Shown one piece after another: positions 1 through 10,312 of a stretch of DNA of 34,151 nt (its first letter is position 1; every line of letters starts with the position of its first letter). Both the position numbers and the translations under genes were made by a program. Source of the stretch: Hyphomicrobiales bacterium (GTDB lineage Bacteria; Pseudomonadota; Alphaproteobacteria; Rhizobiales; Beijerinckiaceae); assembly GCA_028865375.1 (NCBI GenBank), contig JAGWKJ010000001.1:1-34151 (forward strand), written 5' to 3'. The notes beneath the pieces were generated by a model. It worked only from the letters and a program-made list of their open reading frames with translations. It had not been told where the DNA came from and made no database searches.

Positions 1-326
1 TCCTTGGTCGCGTCGACGACTTCCGCGTTCGCGCCCTTCCGGTAGATCATCTGCAACGCCCGCTGCCGCAGCCGATATTCTTCCGATTGCAACCTGTCGG
101 GATCATAGAACATGAACAGGAAAATGGCCACGACCGCGACGAGAACGGGCGCGGCGGCCAGGGCGAGGCACACGATCCTGACCGTAGGATCGTCGGAAAG
201 CACGGCCGCCGCCAGCGAGACGGGCGTCACCAATCCGACCAGCCACAGCAGCGGATTGACCGCGGTGCGGACGCGGATCGTTTCGACGCGCGCGGTGGCG
301 GCCTTGACATATTCGTCCAGCTTCAC
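1..326 (-). CDS. hypothetical small membrane protein; the 3' end runs off the window
   Basis: It is absent from the ORF track because no stop codon lies in the window. Manual minus-strand translation from GTG at 326 gives VKLDEYVKAATARVETIRVRTAVNPLLWLVGLVTPVSLAAAVLSDDPTVRIVCLALAAAPVLVAVVAIFLFMFYDPDRLQSEEYRLRQRALQMIYRKGANAEVVDATKD... There is strong G/C third-position bias, two hydrophobic helices, and a GGAG 6 nt upstream of the GTG. It lies directly downstream of hisA. Confidence 0.55.
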   Translation of the reverse strand, partial: MKLDEYVKAATARVETIRVRTAVNPLLWLVGLVTPVSLAAAVLSDDPTVRIVCLALAAAPVLVAVVAIFLFMFYDPDRLQSEEYRLRQRALQMIYRKGANAEVVDATK

Positions 327-344
327 TCGTCGCTCCGTAGGCGT

Positions 345-1085
345 TCACGGCCCGTCCTCCGAAACGCGGATCAGCGCCAGCGCCTCGCGCGCGTCCAGGC
401 GCCCGTCGTAGAGCGCGCGGCCCGAGATCGCCCCGGCGAGACGCCGGCAATCGGGCTCCAGCAGCCGCTTCACGTCCTCGATGGAGGCGAGCCCGCCCGA
501 GGCGACGACGGGAATGGAGACGGCCTCCGCCAGCGCCAGCGTCGCCTCGACGTTGAGGCCCTTCATGGCGCCGTCGCGCGCGATGTCGGTGTAGACGATG
601 GCCGCGACGCCCGCGTCCTCGAAGCGGCGGCCGAGCTCGGTCGCGCCGACGTCGGTGGCGCGCGCCCAGCCGTCGACCGCGACGCGGCCGTCGCGGGCGT
701 CGATGCCGACCGCGATCCGTCCGGGATGCAGGCGCGCCGCCTCGCGCACCAGATCGGGATCGCGCACCGCCGCCGTGCCGATGATGACCCGGTCGACGCC
801 GGCGCCGAGCCAGCCCTCGATGGTGCGCATGTCGCGGATGCCGCCGCCGAGCTGCGTCTTCATGCGCACGCGCGCCAAGATCGCCTCGACCGCCGCGGCA
901 TTGCGCGGCCGGCCGGCGAACGCGCCGTCGAGATCGACGACGTGCAGGTGCCCGAAGCCGAGCGCCTCGAATTCGGCCGCCTGAGCCGGCGGGTCGGCGT
1001 TGAACACCGTGGCACTCGCCATGTCTCCGTGGACGAGACGCACGCATTCGCCGTCCTTCAGGTCGATCGCGGGATAAAGGATCAT
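345..1085 (-). CDS. hisA: 1-(5-phosphoribosyl)-5-[(5-phosphoribosylamino)methylideneamino]imidazole-4-carboxamide isomerase
   Basis: 246 aa. It begins [22 protein letters not shown] and contains VVDLDGA, GGGIR and VVASGG, a classic HisA (beta/alpha)8 signature. The ATG at 1085 overlaps the hisH stop (ATGA). Confidence 0.95.
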   Translation of the reverse strand: MILYPAIDLKDGECVRLVHGDMASATVFNADPPAQAAEFEALGFGHLHVVDLDGAFAGRPRNAAAVEAILARVRMKTQLGGGIRDMRTIEGWLGAGVDRVIIGTAAVRDPDLVREAARLHPGRIAVGIDARDGRVAVDGWARATDVGATELGRRFEDAGVAAIVYTDIARDGAMKGLNVEATLALAEAVSIPVVASGGLASIEDVKRLLEPDCRRLAGAISGRALYDGRLDAREALALIRVSEDGP

Positions 1086-1753
1086 GGCGTCCAGCGCAGG
1101 AAATTGGCGATCAGGGCGAGGCCGAGCGCCTGACTCTTTTCGGGATGGAATTGCACGCCGGCCACGTTGCCGCGCGCGACGGCCGCCGTCAGCGGCCCGC
1201 CGTAGTCGGCGGTGGCGAGCGCGTCGGCCGGGTCGGCCGGCGTCAGCGCGTAGGAATGCACGAAATAGGCGTGCAGGCCGTCACGGCCCGTCCGGATGCC
1301 GGCGAACAGGGGATGGGGCCGCGCGAGGTCGAGCGTGTTCCAGCCCATGTGCGGGATCTTGAGCGCGGGATCGGCCGGCCGGATCGCGCCGACCTCCCCT
1401 GAGATCCAACCGAAGCCGGGCGTCGTCACGTGTTCGAGCCCGCGCGTGGCAAGCAATTGCATGCCCACGCAAATGCCGAGAAACGGCGCGCCGCGCCGGC
1501 GCACGGCTTCCTCCAGCGCGTCCAGCACGCCGGCCCTTTCGACGCCGGCGCGGCAATCGGCGAAAGCGCCCACGCCCGGCAGCACGATCCGGTCGGCGCG
1601 GCGGATCGCGTCGGCGTCCGCCGTCACCGCGACGCGCGCATCGACGCTCGCCTCGCGCGCCGCCCGCTCGAACGCCTTCAGCGCCGAATGCAGGTTGCCC
1701 GAGCCGTAATCGACGATGGCGACCGCGCCGCCTTGGCCTGACCTTCCCGTCAT
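1082..1753 (-). CDS. hisH: imidazole glycerol phosphate synthase, glutamine amidotransferase subunit
   Basis: The true start is the internal ATG at 1753 of track ORF 1082..2395. The protein reads [31 protein letters not shown]...LPGVGAF...GICVGMQLL...FHPEKS, with the class-I GATase Cys-His-Glu context. The upstream part of the track ORF is Arg-rich shadow over hisB. Confidence 0.95.
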   Translation of the reverse strand: MTGRSGQGGAVAIVDYGSGNLHSALKAFERAAREASVDARVAVTADADAIRRADRIVLPGVGAFADCRAGVERAGVLDALEEAVRRRGAPFLGICVGMQLLATRGLEHVTTPGFGWISGEVGAIRPADPALKIPHMGWNTLDLARPHPLFAGIRTGRDGLHAYFVHSYALTPADPADALATADYGGPLTAAVARGNVAGVQFHPEKSQALGLALIANFLRWTP

Positions 1754-1755
1754 CG

Positions 1756-2349
1756 TCACGCGCTCAAGGTGCCCTTGGTGGACGGCGTGCGGGCGCCCTC
1801 GCGCGGGTCGATCGCCACCGCCGCCCGCAACGCGCGCGCCACCGCCTTGAAGCAGGATTCCGCCACGTGGTGGGCGTTCGCGCCGTAGAGATTGCCGACG
1901 TGCAGCGTCAGCCCGGCGTTGATCGCGAACGCCTGGAAGAACTCGCGCACGAGCTCGAGGTCGAAGTCGCCGACCTTCTGCGCCGGGAACTTGACGTCGA
2001 AGACGAGGAACGGCCGGCCGGAAACGTCGACCGCCGCGCGGGTGAGCGCCTCGTCCATCGGGATCGTCGCGTCGGCGTAGCGCACGACGCCGCCCATGTC
2101 GCCGAGCGACTGGCGCAAGGCGCGCCCGAGCGCGATGCCGACGTCCTCGACGGTGTGGTGCATGTCGATGTGCAGGTCGCCCTTCGCCGCGACGTCGACG
2201 TCGATCAGCGAGTGGCGCGCGAGCTGGTCCAGCATGTGGTCGAAGAAGCCGATCCCGGTCGAGCGTTCGCCGCCGCCTGCGCCGTCGAGGTTCAATGCGA
2301 CGGAGACGTCGGTCTCGCGCGTCGTGCGCCGGCAGGTTCCCTTGCGCAT
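1756..2349 (-). CDS. hisB: imidazoleglycerol-phosphate dehydratase
   Basis: The start is the ATG at 2349 ([23 protein letters not shown]...). Motifs [31 protein letters not shown] and [19 protein letters not shown] are diagnostic IGPD metal-binding motifs. 197 aa. Confidence 0.95.
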   Translation of the reverse strand: MRKGTCRRTTRETDVSVALNLDGAGGGERSTGIGFFDHMLDQLARHSLIDVDVAAKGDLHIDMHHTVEDVGIALGRALRQSLGDMGGVVRYADATIPMDEALTRAAVDVSGRPFLVFDVKFPAQKVGDFDLELVREFFQAFAINAGLTLHVGNLYGANAHHVAESCFKAVARALRAAVAIDPREGARTPSTKGTLSA

Positions 2350-2425
2350 GTCGGTCCCGTCCCGCGCGAACGGCCGCGCGGGCGCCTGATAGCAAGGCCG
2401 GGCGGCGTTGGCTATGGCGCGAGGG

Positions 2426-3844
2426 TCACATGGTTTCGCGCCGGGCCAGCGCGACGCCGAACGCGAGCAAGTCGCGGGCGGAAGCCTCGGTCGGCGCCTC
2501 CACGTAGACGCGCAACTCGGGCGCGTTGCCCGACGGGCGGTAGTGCAGCGTCTCGCCGCGCCCGAGCGCCATGCGCAATCCGTCGCGGCGGTCGATCGAC
2601 GCGACGCCGCCGCGCGGCGCGAGCGTCCGTTCGCGATGGGCCGAATCGTCCGACAGCCGCGCCACGAAGGCGGCGGAGCGCTCGGTCGGCACGCGTTCGA
2701 GCCGGTCCGACAGGGCGTGGGCGAAACGATAGGCCGCCGCCAGCTCCGCCAAGGGCCGGCGCGCACGGGCGGCAGCGGCAAGGCAGGCGACGATGGGCAA
2801 CGCGGCGTCGCGCGTCTGCAAGGCGGCGAGCCGGCGCCCGTCGCGCTCGACGTCGCCGCCCAGAAGCGTGCCGCCATTGGCTTCAAAGCCGACGACCAGC
2901 CGCGAACCGGCCTCCGCCGCCCGCGCCATGCCCTCGATGACGTAGGGCGAACCGACCCGCGTGCGCTCGACCCTCGCGAAGCGCCCGCAGGCCTCGAGCG
3001 CCGAATTCGAGGTGACGGGCGTCACGACCGCGTCGGCGCCGAGAAACGCCGCCGTGATCGCGCCTACGAGGTCGCCGCGCAGGAACGCGCCGTCGGCGCC
3101 CGCGACGAGCGGTCGGTCGGCGTCGCCGTCGGTCGAGACGATGGCGTCGAGACGGTTCGATCCGGCGAATTCCCGCGCCAGCGCGACGTCCTCGGCACGC
3201 AGCGCTTCGGTGTCCACCGCCACGAAGGCGTCCGAGCGGGCGAACGGTCTGGCCTCGGCGCCGAGCGCGCCCAGGAGATCGACGAGAAGGTCGCGCGACA
3301 CCGAGGAATGCTGATGGACGCCCACCGTCAGCCCGTCGAGCGCGCGCGCGCCGAAGAAGTCGACGATCCGTCGCAGATAGGGGGCGACACCGTCGCGCCG
3401 TTCCGCCGCCGGCGGCGGGCCGAGGGAAGGCGCGACGCCGGCGAGCGCGTCGAGACGCGCCAAGATCGCCGCTTCGTCCGCCTTGTCGATTTCGCCCTTC
3501 GCCTCGTAGAACTTCAAGCCGTTGCGGTCGTCGGGGATGTGGCTGCCCGTGACCATGATCGCGGGCTGCCCGGCGCGCTGCGCTTCGAGCGCGAGCGCCG
3601 GCGTCGGCGCCTCGCCGCAATCGACCGGGACGAGCCCGGCGTCGGCGACGGCGCGCAGGCAACGCGCCATGATCGAGGGTCCGCTCGCCCGCAGGTCGCG
3701 CGCGACGAGGACCGCGCGGGCCGGCGCCGCCGCGGCGGCGACCATTTCCGCGAAGGCGCGGGCGTAAAGATACGCGGGAGGACCGTCGAGTTCGGAAACG
3801 AGCCCGCGCAGACCGCTGGTGCCGAACTTCAGCGACGTCGGCAT
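2426..3844 (-). CDS. phosphomannomutase/phosphoglucomutase (alpha-D-phosphohexomutase family)
   Basis: The start is the ATG at 3844 ([16 protein letters not shown]...). The phosphoserine loop is [14 protein letters not shown] and the metal loop is STDGDADRP. 472 aa. It lies immediately downstream of the GDP-mannose pyrophosphorylase gene. Confidence 0.9.
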   Translation of the reverse strand: MPTSLKFGTSGLRGLVSELDGPPAYLYARAFAEMVAAAAAPARAVLVARDLRASGPSIMARCLRAVADAGLVPVDCGEAPTPALALEAQRAGQPAIMVTGSHIPDDRNGLKFYEAKGEIDKADEAAILARLDALAGVAPSLGPPPAAERRDGVAPYLRRIVDFFGARALDGLTVGVHQHSSVSRDLLVDLLGALGAEARPFARSDAFVAVDTEALRAEDVALAREFAGSNRLDAIVSTDGDADRPLVAGADGAFLRGDLVGAITAAFLGADAVVTPVTSNSALEACGRFARVERTRVGSPYVIEGMARAAEAGSRLVVGFEANGGTLLGGDVERDGRRLAALQTRDAALPIVACLAAAARARRPLAELAAAYRFAHALSDRLERVPTERSAAFVARLSDDSAHRERTLAPRGGVASIDRRDGLRMALGRGETLHYRPSGNAPELRVYVEAPTEASARDLLAFGVALARRETM

Positions 3845-3855
3845 GGCCTCCGCCT

Positions 3856-5277
3856 TCACGTGCGGCTGTAGGCGTCTTCGAGGCGCACGATGTCGTCCTC
3901 GCCCAGATAGGAACCGACCTGCACTTCGACGATTTCGAGCGGGATCTTGCCCGGGTTGGCCATGCGGTGCACGATTCCGATCGGCAGATAGATCGATTCC
4001 GTCTCGTGGACGACGATCGTCTCGGCGCCGCGCGTGACCTCGGCGGTGCCCTTCACGACCACCCAATGCTCCGCGCGATGGAAGTGCTTCTGCAACGACA
4101 GCACGCCCGCCGGCTTGACCGTGATGCGCTTGACCTGGTGACGGTCGCCGACGTCCACCGAGAGATACTTGCCCCAAGGCCGGTGGATCTCGCGATGTTC
4201 GCCGGCTTCCGCGGCGCCGCTTGCGCGCACGCGCTCGACGAGCTCCTTCACCTTGTCGGCCTTGTCCTTCGGCACGACGAGCACGGCGTCCCGCGTCGAG
4301 ATCACCGCGATGCCGTCGAGCCCGATCACGCCCACGACGCCTTCCTCGGCGCGCAGGTAATTGTCCCGTCCGTCGACGACGAAGCCGCGGCCGACCACGG
4401 CGTTGCCCTCGGAATCCTTGTCAGAGAGGTCCCAGACCGCCGACCAGCCGCCGATGTCGGACCAGCCGAAGGCGCCGGGCACGACCGCCGCCTTGTCGGT
4501 CTTCTCCATCACGGCGTAGTCGATGGAGATCTTCCTCGCGCGCTTGAAGGCCGCGTCGTCGAGCACCGTGAAGCCGAGGTCGGAGACCGCGCCTTCGACC
4601 GCCTCGGTCGCGGGGCCGATCACGTCGGGCGCGAGGCGTTCGAGCTCGGCGCGCATCGTGGCGCCGTCGAAGATGAAATTGCCCGAGTTCCACAGGTAGC
4701 CGTCGAGCAGGTATTTGGCGGCCGTCGCCGCGTCCGGCTTCTCGACGAACCTCTCGACCTTGCGCGCGCCTTCGACGCCGGGAACCGGCGCGCCGGGACG
4801 GATGTAGCCATAGGAGGTCGCCGGAGCGGAGGGCGCGATGCCGATGGTGACGATGCGACCGCCCGCCGCGGCCTCGACCGCGCGCGCGCAGGTGCGCGCG
4901 AATTCCGCCGCGTCGCCGATCACGTGGTCGGCGGCGAATACGCCGACGATCGCTTCCGGGTCGGCGGCGAGCGCGACGACGGTCGCCACGGCGACGGCGG
5001 CCGCCGAATCGCGGCCGACCGGCTCGAGCACGATCCGCGCCCGCGCGCCGATCGCCTCGATCTGGTCGCGCGCGGTGAATCGGTAGTCGTGGTTGGTGAC
5101 GACGATGGTGTCTTCGTAGAGCGCCGGGTCGGCGAACGTCGCCAGCGTGCGCTGGAAAGTCGAGCGCTCCCCCAGCAAGCCTATGAATTGCTTTGGCATC
5201 GAGGCTCGGGAGACGGGCCACAGCCGCGTGCCCGAGCCGCCGCACAGTACGACCGGGGTGAGTTTCCTGTTCGCCAT
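3856..5277 (-). CDS. manC: bifunctional mannose-1-phosphate guanylyltransferase / mannose-6-phosphate isomerase (type II PMI)
   Basis: The start is the ATG at 5277 (MANRKLTPVVLCGGSGTRLWPVSRASMPKQF, the nucleotidyltransferase G-loop). The C-terminal cupin reads RPWGKY...KRITVKPAGVLSLQKHFHRAEHWVVVKGTA. 473 aa. Confidence 0.9.
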   Translation of the reverse strand: MANRKLTPVVLCGGSGTRLWPVSRASMPKQFIGLLGERSTFQRTLATFADPALYEDTIVVTNHDYRFTARDQIEAIGARARIVLEPVGRDSAAAVAVATVVALAADPEAIVGVFAADHVIGDAAEFARTCARAVEAAAGGRIVTIGIAPSAPATSYGYIRPGAPVPGVEGARKVERFVEKPDAATAAKYLLDGYLWNSGNFIFDGATMRAELERLAPDVIGPATEAVEGAVSDLGFTVLDDAAFKRARKISIDYAVMEKTDKAAVVPGAFGWSDIGGWSAVWDLSDKDSEGNAVVGRGFVVDGRDNYLRAEEGVVGVIGLDGIAVISTRDAVLVVPKDKADKVKELVERVRASGAAEAGEHREIHRPWGKYLSVDVGDRHQVKRITVKPAGVLSLQKHFHRAEHWVVVKGTAEVTRGAETIVVHETESIYLPIGIVHRMANPGKIPLEIVEVQVGSYLGEDDIVRLEDAYSRT

Positions 5278-5523
5278 CGCAACCTCTGCGCCGCGGCCGG
5301 ATCGCCGCCGGGCGGCGACGCTGCGCCAAAATGCGGCGCTCGTGCCGCACATATGCGCTCCGGGCGCCCGCTGTCCATGGCCGACGCCGGTGGCCCTCTC
5401 TCAGGGCGTTGCGATCACGACGCGCTGATCGTCCGGCGGCGATAGGTGAGCGCGACGTGCAGCGCGCCATCGGGGTCTGGCGGACCGACGAATCGCGGTT
5501 GCGACCGTCGGCAGAATTGTCGG

Positions 5524-6432
5524 TCATGCAATTCCGCCGGCATCCTCCGCGGCCGGCGTCGGCAGGCCGAGTTCGCGCGAAAGCCAGGCGGCGAACGCGC
5601 GCACCACCCGGCGCGGCCGCGACCGCGGGTAGACGAACCGGTGGCCGACGTAGACGATGTCCCGACCCTCGCCCGCCAATGGAGCGACCAGCCGACCGGC
5701 GGAGATCTCCCGTTCCGCGAGCCGCGTCGATTCGAGCGCGACGCCGAGGCCGTCGGCCGCGGCGGCGATGGCGAGGAAGCTGCGGTCGAAGCGCATCGCG
5801 TAATGGCTCGGCGTCGACGCGCCGTTGCGCGCGCACCACGCGTCCCAGCCGACCTGCTTGGCGTCCGATCGGATCAACGGTTGGCGCGTCAGGTCGGCCG
5901 GCGTGCGGATGGCGGCCGCGCGGGCCGGCGAACACAGCGGTGTCACAGTCTCCTCGCCGAGCGGGATCGCGACGATCCCGTCCGCGCGCGGCGGGCCGTA
6001 GACCACGTCGGCGTCGAAATCGTCGTTGCTGAAGCGCGCGTAGTCGATGCCCGCCGCCAGCCGCACCTCGATGGCGGGCTCCGCGGCGAGGAACCGCGAC
6101 AGCCGCGGCGTCAGCCATTGCGCCGCGAAGCTCGGCGCGCAATGCAGCCGCAGCAATTGCGGTCCGCGCGTCGCCACCGCCTCGAGGCCGCCCCGCATTC
6201 GCTCGAACGCGTCGCCCACCGCCAGCAACAGGCGTTCGCCCTCGACGGTCAATGCGACCCGCCGCGCGCCGCGCTCGAACAGGTGAACGCCCAGCGCGTC
6301 TTCGAGCTTGCGAATGGCATGGCTGACCGCGCTCGGCGACAGCGCGAGTTCCTCCGCCGCGCCTCGGAACGAGCCGGTCCGGCCGGCCGCTTCGAAGGCG
6401 CGCAACGACGCGAGCGGGACGGGCGCGGTCAT
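5524..6432 (-). CDS. LysR-family transcriptional regulator (GcvA-like)
   Basis: 302 aa. The N-terminal wHTH is LASLRAFEAAGRTGSFRGAAEELALSPSAVSHAIRKLEDALGVHLFER, followed by a LysR substrate-binding domain. It is divergent from the SDR/transketolase/TRAP operon. Confidence 0.9.
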   Translation of the reverse strand: MTAPVPLASLRAFEAAGRTGSFRGAAEELALSPSAVSHAIRKLEDALGVHLFERGARRVALTVEGERLLLAVGDAFERMRGGLEAVATRGPQLLRLHCAPSFAAQWLTPRLSRFLAAEPAIEVRLAAGIDYARFSNDDFDADVVYGPPRADGIVAIPLGEETVTPLCSPARAAAIRTPADLTRQPLIRSDAKQVGWDAWCARNGASTPSHYAMRFDRSFLAIAAAADGLGVALESTRLAEREISAGRLVAPLAGEGRDIVYVGHRFVYPRSRPRRVVRAFAAWLSRELGLPTPAAEDAGGIA

Positions 6433-6440
6433 TCGACAAG

Positions 6441-6453
6441 TGAACCGGATTCA
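6441..6453. promoter_or_regulatory. candidate LysR box (T-N11-A dyad TGAA-N5-TTCA)
   Basis: TGAACCGGATTCA lies in the 137-bp divergent spacer between the LysR gene (start 6432) and the SDR gene (start 6570). It fits the generic T-N11-A LysR recognition pattern. Supported by sequence pattern only. Confidence 0.3.
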
Positions 6454-6569
6454 TCCGTCGCTGTAAAGTTCGCGTTTGTCGTCCGCGACCGGCGCCGCCA
6501 TGGTCGGACCAACCAAGCGCGTCGGCGCAAGCGTCGGCGACGAAGAACGAAGAACATCGGGACGGAAAC

Positions 6570-7319
6570 ATGCTCCTCGAAGGCAAGACCGCGGCCATTT
6601 CCGGCGCCGCGTCCACGCGCGGCATCGGGCTCGCCACAGCGCGCCGCTTCGTCGCCGAAGGCGCGCGCGTCGCCATCCTCGACATCGACGGCAAGGCGGC
6701 GGCCGACGCCGCGGCCGGGCTCGGCGCCGGCAACGTCGGCGTCGTCTGCGACGTCACCGACCGCGCGTCCTGCGACAGGGCGGCCGAGGCGGTGCTGACG
6801 GCCTTGGGCCGGCTCGACGTTCTCGTCAACAACGCCGGCGTCACGCAGCCGGTGAAGTTGCTGGACATCTCCGAGGCCGATTGGGACCGCATCCAGGACG
6901 TGAACCTGAAGGGCGTGCTGTTCCTGTCGCAGGCGTTCCTGCCGCACATGCGGTCGCGCAAGTCGGGCTCGATCGCGTGCATGTCGTCGGTCTCCGCGCA
7001 GCGGGGCGGGGGCATTTTCGGCGGCCCGCATTATTCGGCCGCCAAGGCCGGCGTGCTCGGCCTCGCCAAGGCGATGGCGCGCGAATTCGGCCCCGACGGC
7101 ATCCGCGTCAACGCGGTGACGCCCGGCCTCATCCTGACCGACATCACCGGCGGCCTGCTGACCGAGGAGATGCGCAAGCGCATCCTCGATGGCATCCCGC
7201 TCGGCCGCCTCGGCGTCGCGGAAGACGTCGCCGGCATCTTCACCTTCCTCGCTTCCGACCTATCCGCCTACGTCACCGGCGCCACGATCGACGTGAACGG
7301 CGGGATGCTGATCCATTGA
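6570..7319 (+). CDS. short-chain dehydrogenase/reductase (FabG-like)
   Basis: 249 aa. The Rossmann loop is ISGAASTRGIG, NNAG is present, and the catalytic Ser...YSAAK (YxxxK) is intact. It is the first gene of the operon. Confidence 0.9.
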   Translation: MLLEGKTAAISGAASTRGIGLATARRFVAEGARVAILDIDGKAAADAAAGLGAGNVGVVCDVTDRASCDRAAEAVLTALGRLDVLVNNAGVTQPVKLLDISEADWDRIQDVNLKGVLFLSQAFLPHMRSRKSGSIACMSSVSAQRGGGIFGGPHYSAAKAGVLGLAKAMAREFGPDGIRVNAVTPGLILTDITGGLLTEEMRKRILDGIPLGRLGVAEDVAGIFTFLASDLSAYVTGATIDVNGGMLIH

Positions 7320-7326
7320 GGCCGCG

Positions 7327-8178
7327 ATGACCCAAGACAAGGACGCGCGCCGCCCCAACGTCTCGCTCGCCGAGCGCGCGCGGCGCATCCGCCGCCTCGC
7401 CGTGCGGATGGGCGAAGTGCAGGGGCAGGGCTACGTCGGCCAGGCGCTGGGAATCGCCGACGTGCTCGCGGTCTCCTATTTCCACGCGCTGCGCCATCGC
7501 CCCGACGATCCCTATTGGGAGGGCCGCGACCGGTTCAACCTTTCCATCGGCCATTACGCGATCGCCCTCTACGCGGCGCTGATCGAGGCCGGGATCATCC
7601 CGGACGAAGAACTGGAGACCTATGGCGGCGACGACAGCCGCCTGCCGATGTCGGGCATGGCGGCCTACACGCCGGGCATGGAGATCACCGGCGGGTCGCT
7701 CGGGCAGGGGCTTTCCGTCTCCGTCGGCATGGCCTTGGCGCTGAAGCGCAAGGGATCGGGCAGCCGCGTCTTCAACCTGATGTCGGACGGCGAGCTCGAC
7801 GAAGGCTCGACCTGGGAGGCGGCGATGTCGGCCGCGCACCACGGGCTCGACAACCTCGTCTGCATCGTCGACGTCAACAACCAGCAGGCCGACGGGCCGT
7901 CGACCAAGATGCTCGGCTTCGAGCCGTTGCTTCCCAAGTGGGAGGCGTTCGGCTGGTACGCCCAACGCGTCGACGGCAACGACGTGGGCGCCGTCACGGA
8001 GGCCTTCGACCGCGCGATGGCCCACGAGGGGCCCCGGCCGCGCGTCGTGATCTGCGACACCAGGATGTGCAAGGGCGTGCCGTTCCTCGAGGCGCGCGAC
8101 ATCACCCATTTCATCCGCGTCGAGCCCGACGAATGGGCCAAGGCGCTGGCCATCCTCGAGGCCGCGGGGCCCTTATGA
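7327..8178 (+). CDS. transketolase-like protein, N-terminal (TPP/PP-domain) subunit
   Basis: 283 aa. It reads GHYAIALYAALIEAGIIP, and the TPP-binding stretch is LMSDGELDEGSTWEAAMSAAHHGLDNLVCIVDVNNQQ. This is the split-transketolase arrangement. Confidence 0.9.
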   Translation: MTQDKDARRPNVSLAERARRIRRLAVRMGEVQGQGYVGQALGIADVLAVSYFHALRHRPDDPYWEGRDRFNLSIGHYAIALYAALIEAGIIPDEELETYGGDDSRLPMSGMAAYTPGMEITGGSLGQGLSVSVGMALALKRKGSGSRVFNLMSDGELDEGSTWEAAMSAAHHGLDNLVCIVDVNNQQADGPSTKMLGFEPLLPKWEAFGWYAQRVDGNDVGAVTEAFDRAMAHEGPRPRVVICDTRMCKGVPFLEARDITHFIRVEPDEWAKALAILEAAGPL

Positions 8179-9218
8179 GCGCGCACGGAAAGTTCCGCCA
8201 CGAGGCGCTGAAGCCCAGGCCGCGCGCCGCCGGCGCGCCGGGCGTCCGTCTCAAGACCTCGGCGATGATCGCCTCGATCGCCGCCGAAGGGCAGGCGACG
8301 CGCCCCGCGCCGTTCGGCCACGCGTTGGCCAAGCTCGCGGAGACGCGGCCCGACATCGTCGGCCTCACCGCCGACCTGTCGAAATACACCGACCTCCACG
8401 TGTTCGCGAAGGCTTGGCCCGACCGCTTCTACCAGATGGGCATGGCCGAGCAGCTCCTGATGGGCGCGGCGGCCGGATTCGCGCGCGAGGGCTTCACGCC
8501 CTTCGCGACCACCTACGCCGTGTTCGCCTCGCGCCGCGCGTACGACTTCATCTGCATGGCGATCGCCGAGGAAAGCCTCGACGTGAAGATCGTCTGCGCG
8601 CTACCCGGCCTGACGACCGGCTACGGCCCCAGCCACCAAGCGACCGAAGACCTCGCGATCTTCCGCGGCCTGCCCAACATGGCCGTGATCGACCCCTGCG
8701 ACGCGCTGGAGATCGAGCAGGCGACGGTCGCCATCGCCGAGCGCAAGGGGCCCGTCTACATGCGGCTGCTGCGCGGCAACGTGCCGCTCGTGCTCGACCG
8801 CTACGGCTACAAGTTCGAATTCGGCAAGTCCAAGCTCCTGCGCGACGGTCCCGACGCGCTCGTGATCTCGACCGGCCTGATGACGATGCGCGCGCTCGAG
8901 GCGGCCGAGCGCCTCGACGCGGACCGCGTGCGCGTCGGCGTGCTCCACGTGCCCACGATCAAGCCGCTGGACGTCGAGACCATCGTCGCGGAGGCGCGCA
9001 GGGGCGGGCGGCTCGTGGTGGTGGCCGAAAACCACACGGAGGTCGGCGGGCTGGGGGAGGCGGTCGCGGGCGCGCTGCTGCGCGCGGGCGTCGCGCCGAA
9101 GTTCCGACAGATCGCGCTGCCCGACGCGTTCCTCGACGCCGGCGCGCTGCCCACGCTGCACGATCGCTACGGGATTTCGACGGCCGCGGTCGTCGCCAGG
9201 ATCAAGGCCTGGCTCTGA
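8175..9218 (+). CDS. transketolase-like protein, C-terminal (Pyr + C-terminal domain) subunit
   Basis: The ATG at 8175 overlaps the stop of the N-terminal subunit (ATGA). The protein reads MSAHGKFRHEA...FYQMGMAEQLLMGAAAGFAREGFTPFATTYAVFASRRAYD...HQATEDLAIFRGLPNM...PVYMRL. 347 aa. Confidence 0.9.
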   Translation: MSAHGKFRHEALKPRPRAAGAPGVRLKTSAMIASIAAEGQATRPAPFGHALAKLAETRPDIVGLTADLSKYTDLHVFAKAWPDRFYQMGMAEQLLMGAAAGFAREGFTPFATTYAVFASRRAYDFICMAIAEESLDVKIVCALPGLTTGYGPSHQATEDLAIFRGLPNMAVIDPCDALEIEQATVAIAERKGPVYMRLLRGNVPLVLDRYGYKFEFGKSKLLRDGPDALVISTGLMTMRALEAAERLDADRVRVGVLHVPTIKPLDVETIVAEARRGGRLVVVAENHTEVGGLGEAVAGALLRAGVAPKFRQIALPDAFLDAGALPTLHDRYGISTAAVVARIKAWL

Positions 9219-9301
9219 GGCGGGACGCCGCGGGGCGATCGGAACCGGCGGGAACGGCCGGACCGAAGGCGGGAAGAAACGCAATCCAAGGGAGGATGGA
9301 C

Positions 9302-10312
9302 ATGACGAATACCACGACGCGCCGCCGGTTCCTGGCGGCGACGGGCGCCTTGCCGATCGCCGCGATGGCGGGACGCGCGAGCGCGGCCGACTTCACGCTG
9401 AAGTTCGCGACGGGGCAGGACCCCTCGCATCCGGTCAACAAACGCGCCGCCGAGGCGATCGCCCGCATCAAGGCGGCGACCGGCGGCAAGGTCGACATCG
9501 CGCTGTTCCCCGCCAACCAACTCGGCTCCGATCCCGACCTGCTCGGCCAAGTGCGCAGTGGCGCGGTCGACTTTTTCAACATCGGCGCGTCCGTGCTGGC
9601 GACGCTGGTCCCGGCGGCCGGCATCGTCAACGTCGGCTTCGCCTTCACGACCTACGACCAGGTCTGGAAGGCGATGGACGGCGAGCTCGGCGCCTACGTC
9701 GCCAAGAAGATCGGCGAGACCGGCATCGTGCAGATGGGCAAGAGCTGGGACAACGGGTTCCGCCAGCTCACGTCCTCCACCAAGCCGATCAAGACGCCCG
9801 CCGACCTCAAGGGTTTCAAGATCCGCGTGCCCCCGGCGCCCATCCTGACCAGTCTGTTCCAAGCGCTCGGCGCCGGGCCCTCGCCGATCAACTTCAACGA
9901 GGTCTATTCCTCGTTGCAGACCAAGGTGGTCGAGGGCCAGGAAAACCCGCTCGCCATCATCGCCACCGCCAAGCTCTACGAAGTGCAGAAGTGGTGCAGC
10001 ATGACGAGCCACGTCTGGGACGCCTATCTGGTGCTCGGCAATCCGGCGTCGTTCGGCCGCCTGCCCAAGGACATGCAGGCGATCGTGCTGCGCGAATTCG
10101 ACCGCGCGGCGCTGGACGAACGCGCCGACATCGCCAAGCTGTCCGACAGTCTCAAGGCCGACCTCGCCGCCAAGGGCCTCCAATTCGTCGACGTCGACAA
10201 GGCGGCCTTCCGCAAGGCGCTGGCGGCGACGACCTTCTACAAGGATTGGAAGGGCAAGTTCGGCGCCGAAGGCTGGGGCCTGCTCGAAAAGGCCGTGGGG
10301 CCGCTCGGATGA
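9302..10312 (+). CDS. TRAP transporter solute-binding protein (DctP family) with Tat-type signal peptide
   Basis: The protein begins M(DM)TNTTTRRRFLAATGALPIAAMAGRASA (twin-Arg signal). The DctP-family body includes the carboxylate-binding Arg context LKGFKIRVPP. ATG 9302 has better spacing to GGAGG (9291-9295) than ATG 9296. Confidence 0.9.
   Translation: MTNTTTRRRFLAATGALPIAAMAGRASAADFTLKFATGQDPSHPVNKRAAEAIARIKAATGGKVDIALFPANQLGSDPDLLGQVRSGAVDFFNIGASVLATLVPAAGIVNVGFAFTTYDQVWKAMDGELGAYVAKKIGETGIVQMGKSWDNGFRQLTSSTKPIKTPADLKGFKIRVPPAPILTSLFQALGAGPSPINFNEVYSSLQTKVVEGQENPLAIIATAKLYEVQKWCSMTSHVWDAYLVLGNPASFGRLPKDMQAIVLREFDRAALDERADIAKLSDSLKADLAAKGLQFVDVDKAAFRKALAATTFYKDWKGKFGAEGWGLLEKAVGPLG

Noticed and set aside
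1754-2395. N-terminal extensions printed in the ORF track for hisH (to 2395), hisB (to 2886), the phosphomannomutase (to 4177), manC (to 5352), the DctP gene (from 8414), DctQM (from 9991), the ABC ATPase (from 16288), the isomerase (from 16866), phaR (from 18604), the IalB-like gene (to 22755), ubiE (from 23244) and dut (from 26810).
   Set aside because: In each case the extension overlaps the neighbouring gene in another frame and is Arg-rich nonsense. An internal ATG/TTG with an RBS or an ATGA stop-start overlap gives a product of the normal family length.
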